From an uncultured Chthoniobacterales bacterium (lineage in GTDB: Bacteria > Verrucomicrobiota > Verrucomicrobiia > Chthoniobacterales > Terrimicrobiaceae), in NCBI GenBank assembly GCA_964467415.1, contig CAYXRX010000009.1, positions 72,763-136,762 of the forward strand: a DNA stretch of 64,000 nt, written 5' to 3'. Numbering within the stretch: the first letter of the stretch is position 1; each line of letters begins with the position of its first letter. The position numbers and the translations under genes are program-made. Below, in pieces: positions 39,614 to 56,140 of this stretch. Under the pieces are notes generated by a model. That model made no database searches. It was not told the DNA's origin and saw only the letters and a program-made list of their open reading frames with translations.

Positions 39614-40429
39614 TCAGGGCACCGGGCGGTCGGTCTCGTCCGACGGATCATCTTCGATCTCACGGCGGAGCGCCTTGGAAATGAACGGCCGGACAAAGCC
39701 GTAGATCAGGAAGGAAACAAAAATGACCGCAGGCATCCACTTGTAGTTCATCGCCGTGCAGGCCAGGAGCAGGATGACAAAAAGAAATGCGGGGATCGAG
39801 CGCTGGGTGCGCCAGTTCAGGCCCTTGAAGCTCGGGTATTTCACGTGGCTGAACATCATGAACGAAAGGAAGAGCAGGATCACCGGAAGGGAGAATTTCC
39901 ATGGACCGATCGGCGGCTTGTCGTCCGCCTGCAGCCAGAGCATGAGGAGGGTCAGCGAGGCAATGAGCCCGGCGGCGGCAGGGATCGGAAAGCCCTGAAA
40001 ATCCTTGTCCGGCTTGTCGCCAGCAGTCTGCGCGGTGCAGTTGAACCGGGCCAGCCGGAGGCCGCCGCACAGGAGGTAAAAAAACGCTATCAGCCATCCG
40101 GTCCGCTCGAAATCTCTCAGCACGATCTGGTAGACGAGGAGCGCGGGCGCGACGCCGAACGAGACGATGTCGGCCAGCGAGTCAAACTCGCGCCCGAAAG
40201 CGCTCTCGTGACCGCCGAGCCGGGCGAGCCGTCCGTCGAGAAGATCGAAAACGCAGGCGCCGAGGATGAAGGCGATCGCTTCGTGGTAGAGCGATCCGGG
40301 CGACCCCCCGCGCGCAACCAGCAGCGAGGCCTCGATGATGCTGCGGACCGCGGCGAAGCCGCAGAAAAGGTTCCCCGCCGTCATCAGGTTCGGCAGGAGG
40401 TAGATTTTCGGCTCGCTGGGATCGCTCAT
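39614..40429 (-). CDS. pssA: CDP-diacylglycerol--serine O-phosphatidyltransferase
   Basis: ATG at 40429 (MSDPSEPKIYLLPNLMTAGNLFCGF). The CDP-alcohol phosphatidyltransferase motif is present (DLLDGRLARLGGHESAFGREFDSLAD). It is a multi-TM protein. Confidence 0.8.
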   Translation of the reverse strand: MSDPSEPKIYLLPNLMTAGNLFCGFAAVRSIIEASLLVARGGSPGSLYHEAIAFILGACVFDLLDGRLARLGGHESAFGREFDSLADIVSFGVAPALLVYQIVLRDFERTGWLIAFFYLLCGGLRLARFNCTAQTAGDKPDKDFQGFPIPAAAGLIASLTLLMLWLQADDKPPIGPWKFSLPVILLFLSFMMFSHVKYPSFKGLNWRTQRSIPAFLFVILLLACTAMNYKWMPAVIFVSFLIYGFVRPFISKALRREIEDDPSDETDRPVP

Positions 40430-41061
40430 AGCTGGCTCATTCGCGCAACCGCCGTTTCGCCGCCGCGCACGCGGTCGCCAGGCTTGACGAGGACTTCGGC
40501 ATCCATCGGAAGAAAAAGTTCCGTGCGGGATCCGAAGCGGATCATCCCGAACCGCTCGCCGCGAGCGACCCGGTCTCCGACGACCGCCCAAGGGCAGATC
40601 CGCCGTGCGATCGCGCCAGTGATCTGGCGGACCATCACCGTGCCGGTGGGGCCCTCGAAGACCCACGAGCGGCTTTCGTTCAGCAGCGAAGCCTCCGGAT
40701 CGCGCGCATCCAGGAATTTTCCCGGCTTGGGCTCGGAGTGCGCAACCTCGCCGGCGAGGGGAGCGCGGTTCACATGCACGTCCAGCACCGAAAGAAAAAT
40801 CCCGATCCTCCGCGCGCGCGCCCTAAGGAACTCCGGCTCCTCGATCTCATCGACGGTGGTGACAAGCCCGTCCGCCGGCGCAACGGCAATATGATCGCCC
40901 GCCGGAGGGATCCGCTCCGGATCCCGGAAAAAGTAGAGCGTGAACAGGATCATCACCGCGACCGCGATCGACAACACGGGCAGGATGAGAAATGTCGCCA
41001 GCCACGCAATGCCCAGCGTTCCCAGAATCCATTTTGCCTCCCCCATTGCTCGATGCTGCAT
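40426..41061 (-). CDS. psd: Phosphatidylserine decarboxylase proenzyme, short form
   Basis: About 210 aa, with ATG at 41061 (alternative at 41046). An N-terminal TM helix is present. The FGS(R) self-cleavage-type motif is near the C-terminus (MIRFGSRTE). It overlaps the pssA start by 4 nt. Confidence 0.7.
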   Translation of the reverse strand: MQHRAMGEAKWILGTLGIAWLATFLILPVLSIAVAVMILFTLYFFRDPERIPPAGDHIAVAPADGLVTTVDEIEEPEFLRARARRIGIFLSVLDVHVNRAPLAGEVAHSEPKPGKFLDARDPEASLLNESRSWVFEGPTGTVMVRQITGAIARRICPWAVVGDRVARGERFGMIRFGSRTELFLPMDAEVLVKPGDRVRGGETAVARMSQL

Positions 41062-41132
41062 TGGTCGAATGCTAACAGAGGGCAGGCTTTTGCCAAGCCC
41101 TGTGGCTGAAAGGAACAGTCGCTGCCACTTGA

Positions 41133-42267
41133 TTAAAGGTCCTCGTCGCCGGCACCCTTCTTATAGGTGAGCCCGCGCAGCTTTCCCTCGATGAACGCAT
41201 CGATCTCCCCGTCCATCACCGCCTGCACATCGCTGGACTGGACGCCTGTGCGCAGGTCCTTGACCATCTGGTAGGGCTGAAACACATACGAGCGGATCTG
41301 GTTTCCCCAAGCGACGTCACCCTTTTCTCCATACTGGCGGTCGACCTCGGCGCGCTTCTTGTCGGCCTCGATCTGAAAGAGTTTCGCCTTCAGCATCTGG
41401 AACGCGAGTTCGCGGTTGCGCCCCTGGCTGCGCTCGGCCTGGCAGGCGACGACAATCCCGGTCGGCATGTGCGTGAGGCGGACCGCCGTCTCGACCTTGT
41501 TGACGTTTTGTCCTCCCTTGCCGCCCGAGCGAAAGGTATCAAGCTTGATGTCGGCCTCGTTGACCTCGACCGGTGCGTCCTCGATCTCGGGCACGACGTC
41601 GACGCTGGCGAAGGAGGTGTGGCGCCGCTTGTTCGAATCAAACGGGGAGATCCGGACGAGGCGGTGGACGCCCCGCTCGGTCTGCAGGTAGCCGTAGGCA
41701 TTTTCACCGGTGACCCGCAGCGTTGCGGACTTGATCCCGGCCTCGTCGCCGAGCTGGATGTCGGCAATATCGGACTGGAGCCCATGGCGCTCCATCCATC
41801 GCTGATACATGCGCAGGAGCATGTCCGCCCAGTCGCACGACTCGGTCCCTCCGGCCCCGGCATGGATCGTGAGAAACGCGGGGTTCGCATCGAATTCCCC
41901 AGATAGGAGGGCCGTGATTTCAAATTTGTCGACATCAGCAACGAGCGACCGGAACTCTGCAGCCACCTCGGCAGCGGCTACTGCCTGGCGGTCCGGCGGC
42001 TCCTCAAGCGCCAGGTCCCGCAGCACCACAAGGTCCTCGGCCCGCGACTCGAGGGCCTGCATCGGCAGGATTTTCCCACGCAGCGAGGAGACCTGTGCCA
42101 CATCCCGCTGGGCCTTCTCGCGGTTGTCCCAGAAGTCGGGCTCCGCCATGCGGGACTCGATCTCGGCCAGCTTGCGGGTCAGTTCCGGGAAGTCAAAGAA
42201 ACCTCCGCAAGGCGGCCAAGCGGGCCGGGATTGCGGAGGTGTCAAGTGCTGAGAGTTCGTCGCTCAC
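41133..42267 (-). CDS. prfB: Peptide chain release factor 2, requiring programmed +1 ribosomal frameshift
   Basis: The frame-0 N-terminus starts at GTG 42267 ([24 protein letters not shown]) and ends at an in-frame TGA at 42195-42193. The +1 frame continues [13 protein letters not shown]... through the GGQ motif ([12 protein letters not shown]) to the stop at 41133. Confidence 0.8.
42193..42206 (-). promoter_or_regulatory. prfB +1 programmed frameshift site (SD-like GGAGG, 3-nt spacer, CUU UGA C)
   Basis: The minus strand reads CGG AGG UUU CUU UGA CUU. This matches the canonical E. coli site AGG GGG UAU CUU UGA C. Confidence 0.8.
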
Positions 42268-42280
42268 AGGGAACGGGGGG

Positions 42281-42883
42281 CTAGGCCCCGAGGTCCTCGC
42301 CAACCATGTAGCGCGTGAACCGGCGGATGATCATGTTTTCGCCGAGCTCTGCGATCTTGGCGGTCAGCAAGTCCTTGATCGTCACGTCCGGGTTCTTGAT
42401 GAACGCCTGCTCGAGGAGGCAGATCGTGCTGAAAAATTTGTCGACCTTGCCGTCGACGATCTTCTCGACGATGTTCGCCGGCTTACCGACGACCTGCGCT
42501 GCGTAGATTTCGCGCTCGGCCAGGACAAGCTTCTCCGGCACCTGCTCGCGGGAGATGTAGAGCGGGTTGGCAGCGGCGATGTGAAGGGTGACGTCCTTGA
42601 CGAACTCGCGGAACGTGTCGTTCTTGGCAACGAAGTCCGTCTCGCAGTTGATCTCGACGAGCACGCCAACCTTGCCCTGCAGATGAATGTAGGAGGCAAT
42701 CGCCCCCTCCTTCGCTGCGCGCGAGGACTTTTTCCCCGCGCTGGCGATACCTTTTTTGCGGAGGATATCCTCGGCCTTTTCCAGATCGCCGCCCGCTTCG
42801 GCGAGCGCGCGCTTGCAGTCCATCATGCCTGCGTTCGTTTTTTCGCGGAGTTCTTTGACAACTGTTGCTGAGATTTCGGACAT
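42281..42883 (-). CDS. tsf: Elongation factor Ts (short 200-aa form)
   Basis: MSEISATVVKELREKTNAGMMDCKRALAEAGGDLEKAEDILRKKG. The stop is 14 nt upstream of the prfB GTG. Confidence 0.9.
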   Translation of the reverse strand: MSEISATVVKELREKTNAGMMDCKRALAEAGGDLEKAEDILRKKGIASAGKKSSRAAKEGAIASYIHLQGKVGVLVEINCETDFVAKNDTFREFVKDVTLHIAAANPLYISREQVPEKLVLAEREIYAAQVVGKPANIVEKIVDGKVDKFFSTICLLEQAFIKNPDVTIKDLLTAKIAELGENMIIRRFTRYMVGEDLGA

Positions 42884-42904
42884 AGTAAAAGTGTTCGGTG
42901 ATTC

Positions 42905-42970
42905 AGTGGTTCAGTTTTCAGTAAAGCCAGCACCGTGCTGAACACTGAAAACAGAACACTGAAAACTTGT
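42905..42970 (-). promoter_or_regulatory. rpsB-tsf intergenic structured element (direct repeats plus nested hairpins)
   Basis: The minus-strand RNA reads AAGUUUUCAGUGUUCU-GUUUUCAGUGUUCAGCACGGUGCUGGCUUUACUGAAAACUGAACC. There are two copies of GUUUUCAGUGUU. The second copy pairs with ACUGAAAAC around an inner hairpin CAGCA-CGG-UGCUG. Confidence 0.35.
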
Positions 42971-42972
42971 TT

Positions 42973-43686
42973 TTATTCGGAGACTGCGGACAGATCGGAG
43001 GGCTGGGCCTCCTTGGCGCGGGGGCCCTTAGCCTCGACCATGGCTTCGACGATCTTTTGCAGAATCACGCGGATCGAGCGGATCGCATCGTCGTTGCCGG
43101 CGATCGGATACTCGATTTTTTCAGGATTGCTGTTCGTGTCGACAATGGCGATGACGGGAATCTTCAGCCGGTTGGCCTCGGCGACGGCGATCTCCTCGCG
43201 GAGGGTGTCGATGACGACGAGCGCATCCGGGAGCTTCTCCATGTCCATGACTCCTTCGAGGTTGTGGAACAGCTTGGCGCCCTCGCGGCGGATCGCAGAG
43301 GCTTCCGCCTTGTTGATCTTCGACCATGCGGGCGATTTCTCCTGCGCCTGGATCTCCTTGAGCCGGGCGATGCTCCGGCGGATCGTGGTCAGGTTTGTGA
43401 GCGTTCCGCCGAGCCAGCGCTGGTTGACAAAAAGCTGACCGGTCGCCGTCGCGGCTTCGCGCACGGCCTCCTGGGCCTGCTTCTTGGTTCCGACGAAGAG
43501 CACCTTGCCGCCGCCGCGGACGACGTTGGAAAGGTAGGCGGTCGCGCGCTCGATCTGCTCCAGGGTGATCGAAAGATCAATAATGTAGATCGAGTTTTTT
43601 TCCTCGAGGATGTAATCGCGCATCTTCGGATTCCATCGCTTCGTCTGATGTCCGTAATGGACGCCGGCTTCGAGAAGCTCGGTCAT
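42973..43686 (-). CDS. rpsB: 30S ribosomal protein S2
   Basis: MTELLEAGVHYGHQTKRWNPKM... from ATG 43686. In-frame upstream ATG 43725 and GTG 43737 would add 13-17 aa. The stop is 89 nt upstream of tsf. Confidence 0.85.
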   Translation of the reverse strand: MTELLEAGVHYGHQTKRWNPKMRDYILEEKNSIYIIDLSITLEQIERATAYLSNVVRGGGKVLFVGTKKQAQEAVREAATATGQLFVNQRWLGGTLTNLTTIRRSIARLKEIQAQEKSPAWSKINKAEASAIRREGAKLFHNLEGVMDMEKLPDALVVIDTLREEIAVAEANRLKIPVIAIVDTNSNPEKIEYPIAGNDDAIRSIRVILQKIVEAMVEAKGPRAKEAQPSDLSAVSE

Positions 43687-43737
43687 ATTTTCAATATTCG
43701 GTTGGTTTGTGGATTCTTCGGACATGGTATCAATCAC

Positions 43738-47859
<4,122 letters not shown>

Positions 47860-47880
47860 TCGACTTTCAGTGGGTTGGGA

Positions 47881-51675
<3,795 letters not shown>

Positions 51676-51895
51676 GGTGAAGTCGGGTATCTCGGGAGTC
51701 AGTTCCGCAGGAAATCAGGGTTGAGCAAGCCTTGGGGGAATCCGAGCCGGATCCGCGGCTGCAAAAAACGAAACGTCCCAGCAGGCAGGTGGAGTGCTCC
51801 ACCCGTCTGTGGACGGATACATTTTGTTTGCTTGCGCGGATCTGAATCAGATGACAGGGCCTTGGCTTCCAGCGGAAAGTGGAAAATAGGGAAAT

Positions 51896-51935
51896 CCGCG
51901 GAGAGATCAAGATAAAAATCGAGACCTCTCCGCGG
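51896..51935 (-). terminator. Putative attenuator/partial terminator hairpin in the rplL-rpoB intergenic region
   Basis: The minus-strand RNA has CCGCGGAGAG, then a 20-nt loop, then CUCUCCGCGG (a 10-bp perfect stem), then AUUUCCCUAUUUUCCACUUUCC. It begins 16 nt after the rplL stop, and the 275-nt leader to rpoB follows. Confidence 0.4.
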
Positions 51936-51950
51936 AGGGTTTAAACGGGG

Positions 51951-52331
51951 TTACTTGATTTCGACTTTGGCGCCGGCGGCTTCGATCTTTTTCTTGATCT
52001 CTTCCGCTTCTTCCTTGGTCACGCCCTCTTTCAGGGGCTTGGGAGCGCTTTCGACGAGGGCCTTGGCCTCGGCGAGACCGAGTCCGGCCACAGCGGCGCG
52101 CACTTCCTTAATGACGGCGATCTTGTTGCCGCCGGCCTCGACGAGAACGACGTCAAACGATGTCTTCTCCTCGACCGGTGCTGCGGCGGCGGCTCCGGCC
52201 CCGGCAGCGGCGACCGCCACGGGAGCTGCGGCGCTGACGCCCCATTTTTCTTCGAGTTGTTTCACCAGGTCAGCGATCTCCAAAACGGTGAGTCCGCTGA
52301 GCTGGTCCACGAGTGCTTGTGTATCTGCCAT
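51951..52331 (-). CDS. rplL: 50S ribosomal protein L7/L12
   Basis: 126 aa ([32 protein letters not shown]...). An Ala-rich hinge and the conserved C-terminal domain are present. Confidence 0.92.
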   Translation of the reverse strand: MADTQALVDQLSGLTVLEIADLVKQLEEKWGVSAAAPVAVAAAGAGAAAAAPVEEKTSFDVVLVEAGGNKIAVIKEVRAAVAGLGLAEAKALVESAPKPLKEGVTKEEAEEIKKKIEAAGAKVEIK

Positions 52332-52475
52332 AGTATGTATTTTGTTGGTATCGTCGCGCCCCGAAGCCTCAGGGCATTTTAGTCCGACAGCCGCCGGACC
52401 GACAAGGAACCGGTTTTCTGTTGTTTGGTTGTTCGACCGTCGCGGCTTCGGACGCCGGGCGAAATTCTCTGAAAG

Positions 52476-52997
52476 TTATTCCTGTCCTCCAGCGGCGTCG
52501 GCCTTGGCCTTGAGGACGCGGGCCAGGCTGGCACCCGGCTCGTTGAGGATGCGGACAAACTGGCTGGCCGGGGTCTGCAGGAGACCGAGGAGCTTGGCAC
52601 GGAGGACGTCCTTGCTCGGAAGATCGGCAAGTTCGGCGACCTGGGCGGACGTAAGGGGCGCGTTGTCGAGGACGCCCGCGCGAACGACCGGCTTCTGGAA
52701 CTCCGCGGCAAATGTTTTGAGAACCTTCGCGGCGGCACAGATGTCCACCTCACCGGTCACCATGGCGGTCTGCCCGGTGAGCGAGCTGTCGAGCTCGGGC
52801 ATACTGAGCTCCTTGGCGGCAATCTTGAGGAACGTGTTGCGGACAACGCTGATGCGGGAACCGGCTGCGGTGAGCCGGGTGCGGAGCTCCTCGAAGTGGG
52901 GGACCTTCATGCCGGTGTAATCGACGATGAGAAGGTAGGGCGACGTCTGGAGCTTCTCGCGGACGTCGGCAACGATCAAAGTTTTTTCGGGTCTCAT
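52476..52997 (-). CDS. rplJ: 50S ribosomal protein L10
   Basis: ATG at 52997 (MRPEKTLIVADVREKL...), 173 aa. Confidence 0.9.
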   Translation of the reverse strand: MRPEKTLIVADVREKLQTSPYLLIVDYTGMKVPHFEELRTRLTAAGSRISVVRNTFLKIAAKELSMPELDSSLTGQTAMVTGEVDICAAAKVLKTFAAEFQKPVVRAGVLDNAPLTSAQVAELADLPSKDVLRAKLLGLLQTPASQFVRILNEPGASLARVLKAKADAAGGQE

Positions 52998-53028
52998 AGA
53001 GTTGGAATTTGTGAGATGAGGATCAGGT

Positions 53029-53730
53029 TCAGTTCTTGAGGTAGGCAGCCGGGTCGAGGGAGATGCCGGGAGACATCGTGGCCGCAAGGGTGATTGCTTC
53101 CACAAACGCGCCCTTGGCCGTGGCCGGGCGGGCCTTGACGACCGCTTCGATCACCGCGGTTCCGTTTTCAACGAGCGCCTGGTCTTCGAAGGAAAACTTC
53201 CCGACCGGGACGGCGATATTCGCATTTTTGTCGAGCTTGAACTCGACGCGGCCGGCCTTGACTTCCTTGATCGCCTTCGCGGTGTCGTCGGTGACCGTGC
53301 CGGTCTTCGGGTTCGGCATGAGACCGCGCGGCCCGAGCACCTTGCCGAGCTTGCGGACTTCCGCCATGGCGGCGGGGGTCGCGATCGCGACGTCAAAATC
53401 GGAGAAGCCGCCGGTGACCTTCTTGAGGAGGTCCTCAAAACCGACAAACTCGGCGCCGGCTTCCTTGGCGGCCTCGGCCGCCTGGCCGGTGGCGAATACG
53501 AGAACCCGGACGTTCTTGCCGCTTCCGTTCGGGAGCGGGCAGGTGCCGCGGACCATCTGGTCGCTCTGCTTGGGATCAACCCCCAGCTTGAAAGAAATCG
53601 TCACCGTCTGGTCGAATTTCGTCGCGGGGAGGGACTTCAAAGTTTTCACCGCCTCGGCGAGGTGGTATTTTTTTTGGCCGTCGATTTTTTCTGCTGCGGC
53701 CTTATAGCGCTTGCTGCGATTTTTTTGCAT
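53029..53730 (-). CDS. rplA: 50S ribosomal protein L1
   Basis: ATG at 53730 (MQKNRSKRYKAAAEKIDGQKKYHLAEAVKTLK...), 233 aa. Confidence 0.9.
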   Translation of the reverse strand: MQKNRSKRYKAAAEKIDGQKKYHLAEAVKTLKSLPATKFDQTVTISFKLGVDPKQSDQMVRGTCPLPNGSGKNVRVLVFATGQAAEAAKEAGAEFVGFEDLLKKVTGGFSDFDVAIATPAAMAEVRKLGKVLGPRGLMPNPKTGTVTDDTAKAIKEVKAGRVEFKLDKNANIAVPVGKFSFEDQALVENGTAVIEAVVKARPATAKGAFVEAITLAATMSPGISLDPAAYLKN

Positions 53731-53820
53731 GGTCTTTTGCAGTTCAAACGACCGCTGCCGGTCTCCTGCTGTTGAAGTTGGATTTCGTCGAGAGTCGGTC
53801 AATCTATCCACCCTGCAAAT

Positions 53821-53880
53821 GATGTCAAAGATAATTTTTAAAAATTATTTGACACCCATAGGAACTTCTATACTGTGGAC
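53821..53880. promoter_or_regulatory. Divergent sigma-70-like promoter pair (rplA operon leftward, rpoZ rightward) sharing an A/T-rich palindromic core
   Basis: On the plus strand, TTGACA (53849-54), a 16-nt spacer and TACTGT. On the minus strand, TTGACA (53828-23), a 16-nt spacer and TAGATT. Between the two -35 boxes is a perfect palindrome AATAATTTTTAAAAATTATT. This is the only AT-rich stretch in the neighbourhood. Confidence 0.45.
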
Positions 53881-53921
53881 CCTCCACCGCAGTGCCCGGT
53901 CTCCGGCACCCCAACCATTTC

Positions 53922-54131
53922 ATGAACGCCCAATTTGTCGAAGACGCCTCGAAAGTCATCCCTGAACCTCAGGTTCTCATCAACATGGTTTCCCGGCGGG
54001 TCCGCCAGCTCAGCGCAGGCAGCCGCCCGATGATCGATGCGGATTTCCGCATGGGCCTTGCAGACATCGCGCTCGTCGAGATTGCCAAGGGCAAGCTGGG
54101 CGTGGCACCGGTCGTGCCGCCGCTCGCCTGA
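53922..54131 (+). CDS. rpoZ: DNA-directed RNA polymerase subunit omega
   Basis: 69 aa from ATG 53922 (MNAQFVEDASKVIPEPQVLINMVSRRVRQLSAGSRPMI...ADIALVEIAKGKL). This matches the RpoZ core pattern (VxxAxxRARQL...IALxEIaxGK). Confidence 0.7.
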   Translation: MNAQFVEDASKVIPEPQVLINMVSRRVRQLSAGSRPMIDADFRMGLADIALVEIAKGKLGVAPVVPPLA

Positions 54132-54150
54132 TCCCCGGGCGGGCCGCACC

Positions 54151-54609
54151 ATGTCCGCGGAGATCACCACCAACCGAAAGGCCCTTCGGGACTACCATAT
54201 TCTGGAGCGGCTCGAGGCCGGCATCCAGCTGACGGGAACCGAGATCAAATCGATCCGCGCCGGGCTGGTCTCACTGCAGGGCGCTTTCGCGAGAGTGGAT
54301 GGACGCGACCTGCTCCTCCACGACGCAAGCATCCAGCCCTACGTCCGGGCGAGCCATGTTCAGCACGAGCCAAAGCGGCCGCGCCGTCTCCTGCTGCACC
54401 GGTCGGAAATCGACCGCCTGGTCGGGGAGGTCGAGCGCGCCGGGCGGACGATCGTTGCGCTCCGGCTCTACTGGAAGAACCACCTCGTCAAGGTCGAGCT
54501 CGGGCTCGGCAAGGGCAAGGACGCCGGCGACAAGCGCGCGGATCTGAAAAAGAGGGTCGAGGGCCGAGAGGTCGAAAGAGAGATCGCCGACTTCCAGCGC
54601 AGGAAGTAA
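54151..54609 (+). CDS. smpB: SsrA-binding protein SmpB
   Basis: ATG at 54151, 152 aa (MSAEITTNRKALRDYHILERLEAGIQLTGTEIKSIRAG...). The basic C-terminal tail is present. Confidence 0.85.
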   Translation: MSAEITTNRKALRDYHILERLEAGIQLTGTEIKSIRAGLVSLQGAFARVDGRDLLLHDASIQPYVRASHVQHEPKRPRRLLLHRSEIDRLVGEVERAGRTIVALRLYWKNHLVKVELGLGKGKDAGDKRADLKKRVEGREVEREIADFQRRK

Positions 54610-54654
54610 TCTTGCTGAATAATCGGGACCGTTTCCCTGAATGGCCGGTTCCGC

Positions 54655-56133
54655 TCAGACCGGAGCCATCGCGGCGATAACCGCATCGACCGGGATCGTG
54701 GCCACGGTCGAGATCGAGTCCGAAATGGCGTAAGGGATCACCAGCATGCCGTTGTGGACAAGAGCTCCGCAGGTGTAGACCACGTTGGGCACGTAGCCTT
54801 CGCGCTCCTCGGCTTCCGGCTTGATGAGAGGATCCTTCAACCGTCCGATCACCTGCGAGGGATCGTCCCGGTCGAGGAGGATCGCCCCGATGCAATATCT
54901 GCGCATCGCGCCCACGCCGTGCGTGAGAACGAGCCAACCGGCGGACGTCTCGATCGGCGACCCGCAGTTGCCCAGCTGGATGAACTCCCAGGGCTCGGTC
55001 GGACGGATCAGAATCTTCGATTCATACCAGAAATGGAGGTCATCCGAAAACATGATGCGGATGTTCTCGTTGTCCTGGCGCGACAGCATGCAGAAGAGGC
55101 CGTTGACCGGTCTCGGGAAGAGGGCCATGCCTTTGTTTTGGACAGCCGGTCCGTTCAGCGTGCAGACCTTGAACTGCAGGAAGTCGCGCGTCTCGAGGAG
55201 CTGCGGCAGGATCGTGCGTCCGTCATACGCGGTATAGGTCGCGTAGTAGCATGCGTTGTTGTCCTGGTCCGTGAAGCGCACGAACCGCGCGTCCTCGATC
55301 CCGTTGCTTTGGCTTGGGGAGAACGGGAAGACGATCCGCTCGGACACCGGCTGCTCCGGGGCGAACGAGAACTCGTAGTTCGATTTTGCCACCATGAGCA
55401 TTTTCTGGCCGGTTTCCTCGTTGCCATGGCGGCGCCGGTGGATCTCGATCGCGGTGCGCAGCTCGTCCAGCGTGAACGTCTCGGGAACACCCTCCAGCAC
55501 GCGCACGTTGAAGTCGTCCATCAGCCCGAGCTCGCCCAGCTTTCTCAGGAACAATTCCCGGTTGTAGGACGTGTTGGGAAAATATTTCGGTTCCCGGATG
55601 AATCGGGATGCGGGATCGATGAGGAGGTTCGCCTCGGAATCCAGCAGCCCGGAGCGGAACGTGATCGAGGAAATATGCCCCTCGCCGGTGGCGCGCAGGC
55701 TCAGGATGATCCTCAGCGAGCCGGCCGGGACACCGGATTGATCGGGATGAGGGATGATGCTCGGGTTGAACAGCGCCGCACATTCAAACGAATATTCGTT
55801 CGTGAAATACGAACCCATGAGGAGCTTCCGGCTCTCCGAAAGCGGCCTGTCGGTGGGGATGAAGGACTCGACCTGCCGGAAGCGATCGGAAAAAATGCTG
55901 TGGATTTCCAGGTGGCGGTCGCCGAAGTCGTGCATGACCTCGCGGAGGAGCGAATCCACCTCCTCATCGGTCAGAGACAGGATGCGGGCGAGAATTTTCA
56001 AAGCCCTTGGCGCATCGGTGGGGTTGAAGGCGCGGGGTTCGACGGCCGGAAGAAACGGGCGGATGAGCACCCGTCGGGGATCCGGTTTGATGAAGACAGG
56101 CTGGCGTTTCAAAGGCAGGGAAGAAGATGGCAT
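54655..56133 (-). CDS. GH130-family (formerly DUF377, PH1107-related) glycosidase/phosphorylase-like protein with ~190-aa N-terminal extension
   Basis: 492 aa with ATG at 56133. The C-terminal ~300 aa has GH130-like beta-propeller motifs (YYATYTAYDGRTI, WEFIQLGNCGSPIETSAGWLVLTHGV, EGYVPNVVYTCGALVHNGMLVIPYAISDS). It starts 7 nt after the stop of the upstream GT gene. Confidence 0.7.
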   Translation of the reverse strand: MPSSSLPLKRQPVFIKPDPRRVLIRPFLPAVEPRAFNPTDAPRALKILARILSLTDEEVDSLLREVMHDFGDRHLEIHSIFSDRFRQVESFIPTDRPLSESRKLLMGSYFTNEYSFECAALFNPSIIPHPDQSGVPAGSLRIILSLRATGEGHISSITFRSGLLDSEANLLIDPASRFIREPKYFPNTSYNRELFLRKLGELGLMDDFNVRVLEGVPETFTLDELRTAIEIHRRRHGNEETGQKMLMVAKSNYEFSFAPEQPVSERIVFPFSPSQSNGIEDARFVRFTDQDNNACYYATYTAYDGRTILPQLLETRDFLQFKVCTLNGPAVQNKGMALFPRPVNGLFCMLSRQDNENIRIMFSDDLHFWYESKILIRPTEPWEFIQLGNCGSPIETSAGWLVLTHGVGAMRRYCIGAILLDRDDPSQVIGRLKDPLIKPEAEEREGYVPNVVYTCGALVHNGMLVIPYAISDSISTVATIPVDAVIAAMAPV

Positions 56134-56140
56134 GGCGCGA

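Noticed and set aside
41062-41132. Hairpin AGGGC-UU-GGC-AAAA-GCC-U-GCCCU after the prfB stop
   Set aside because: No U-tract follows. It could be a processing or stability element, but the evidence is insufficient.
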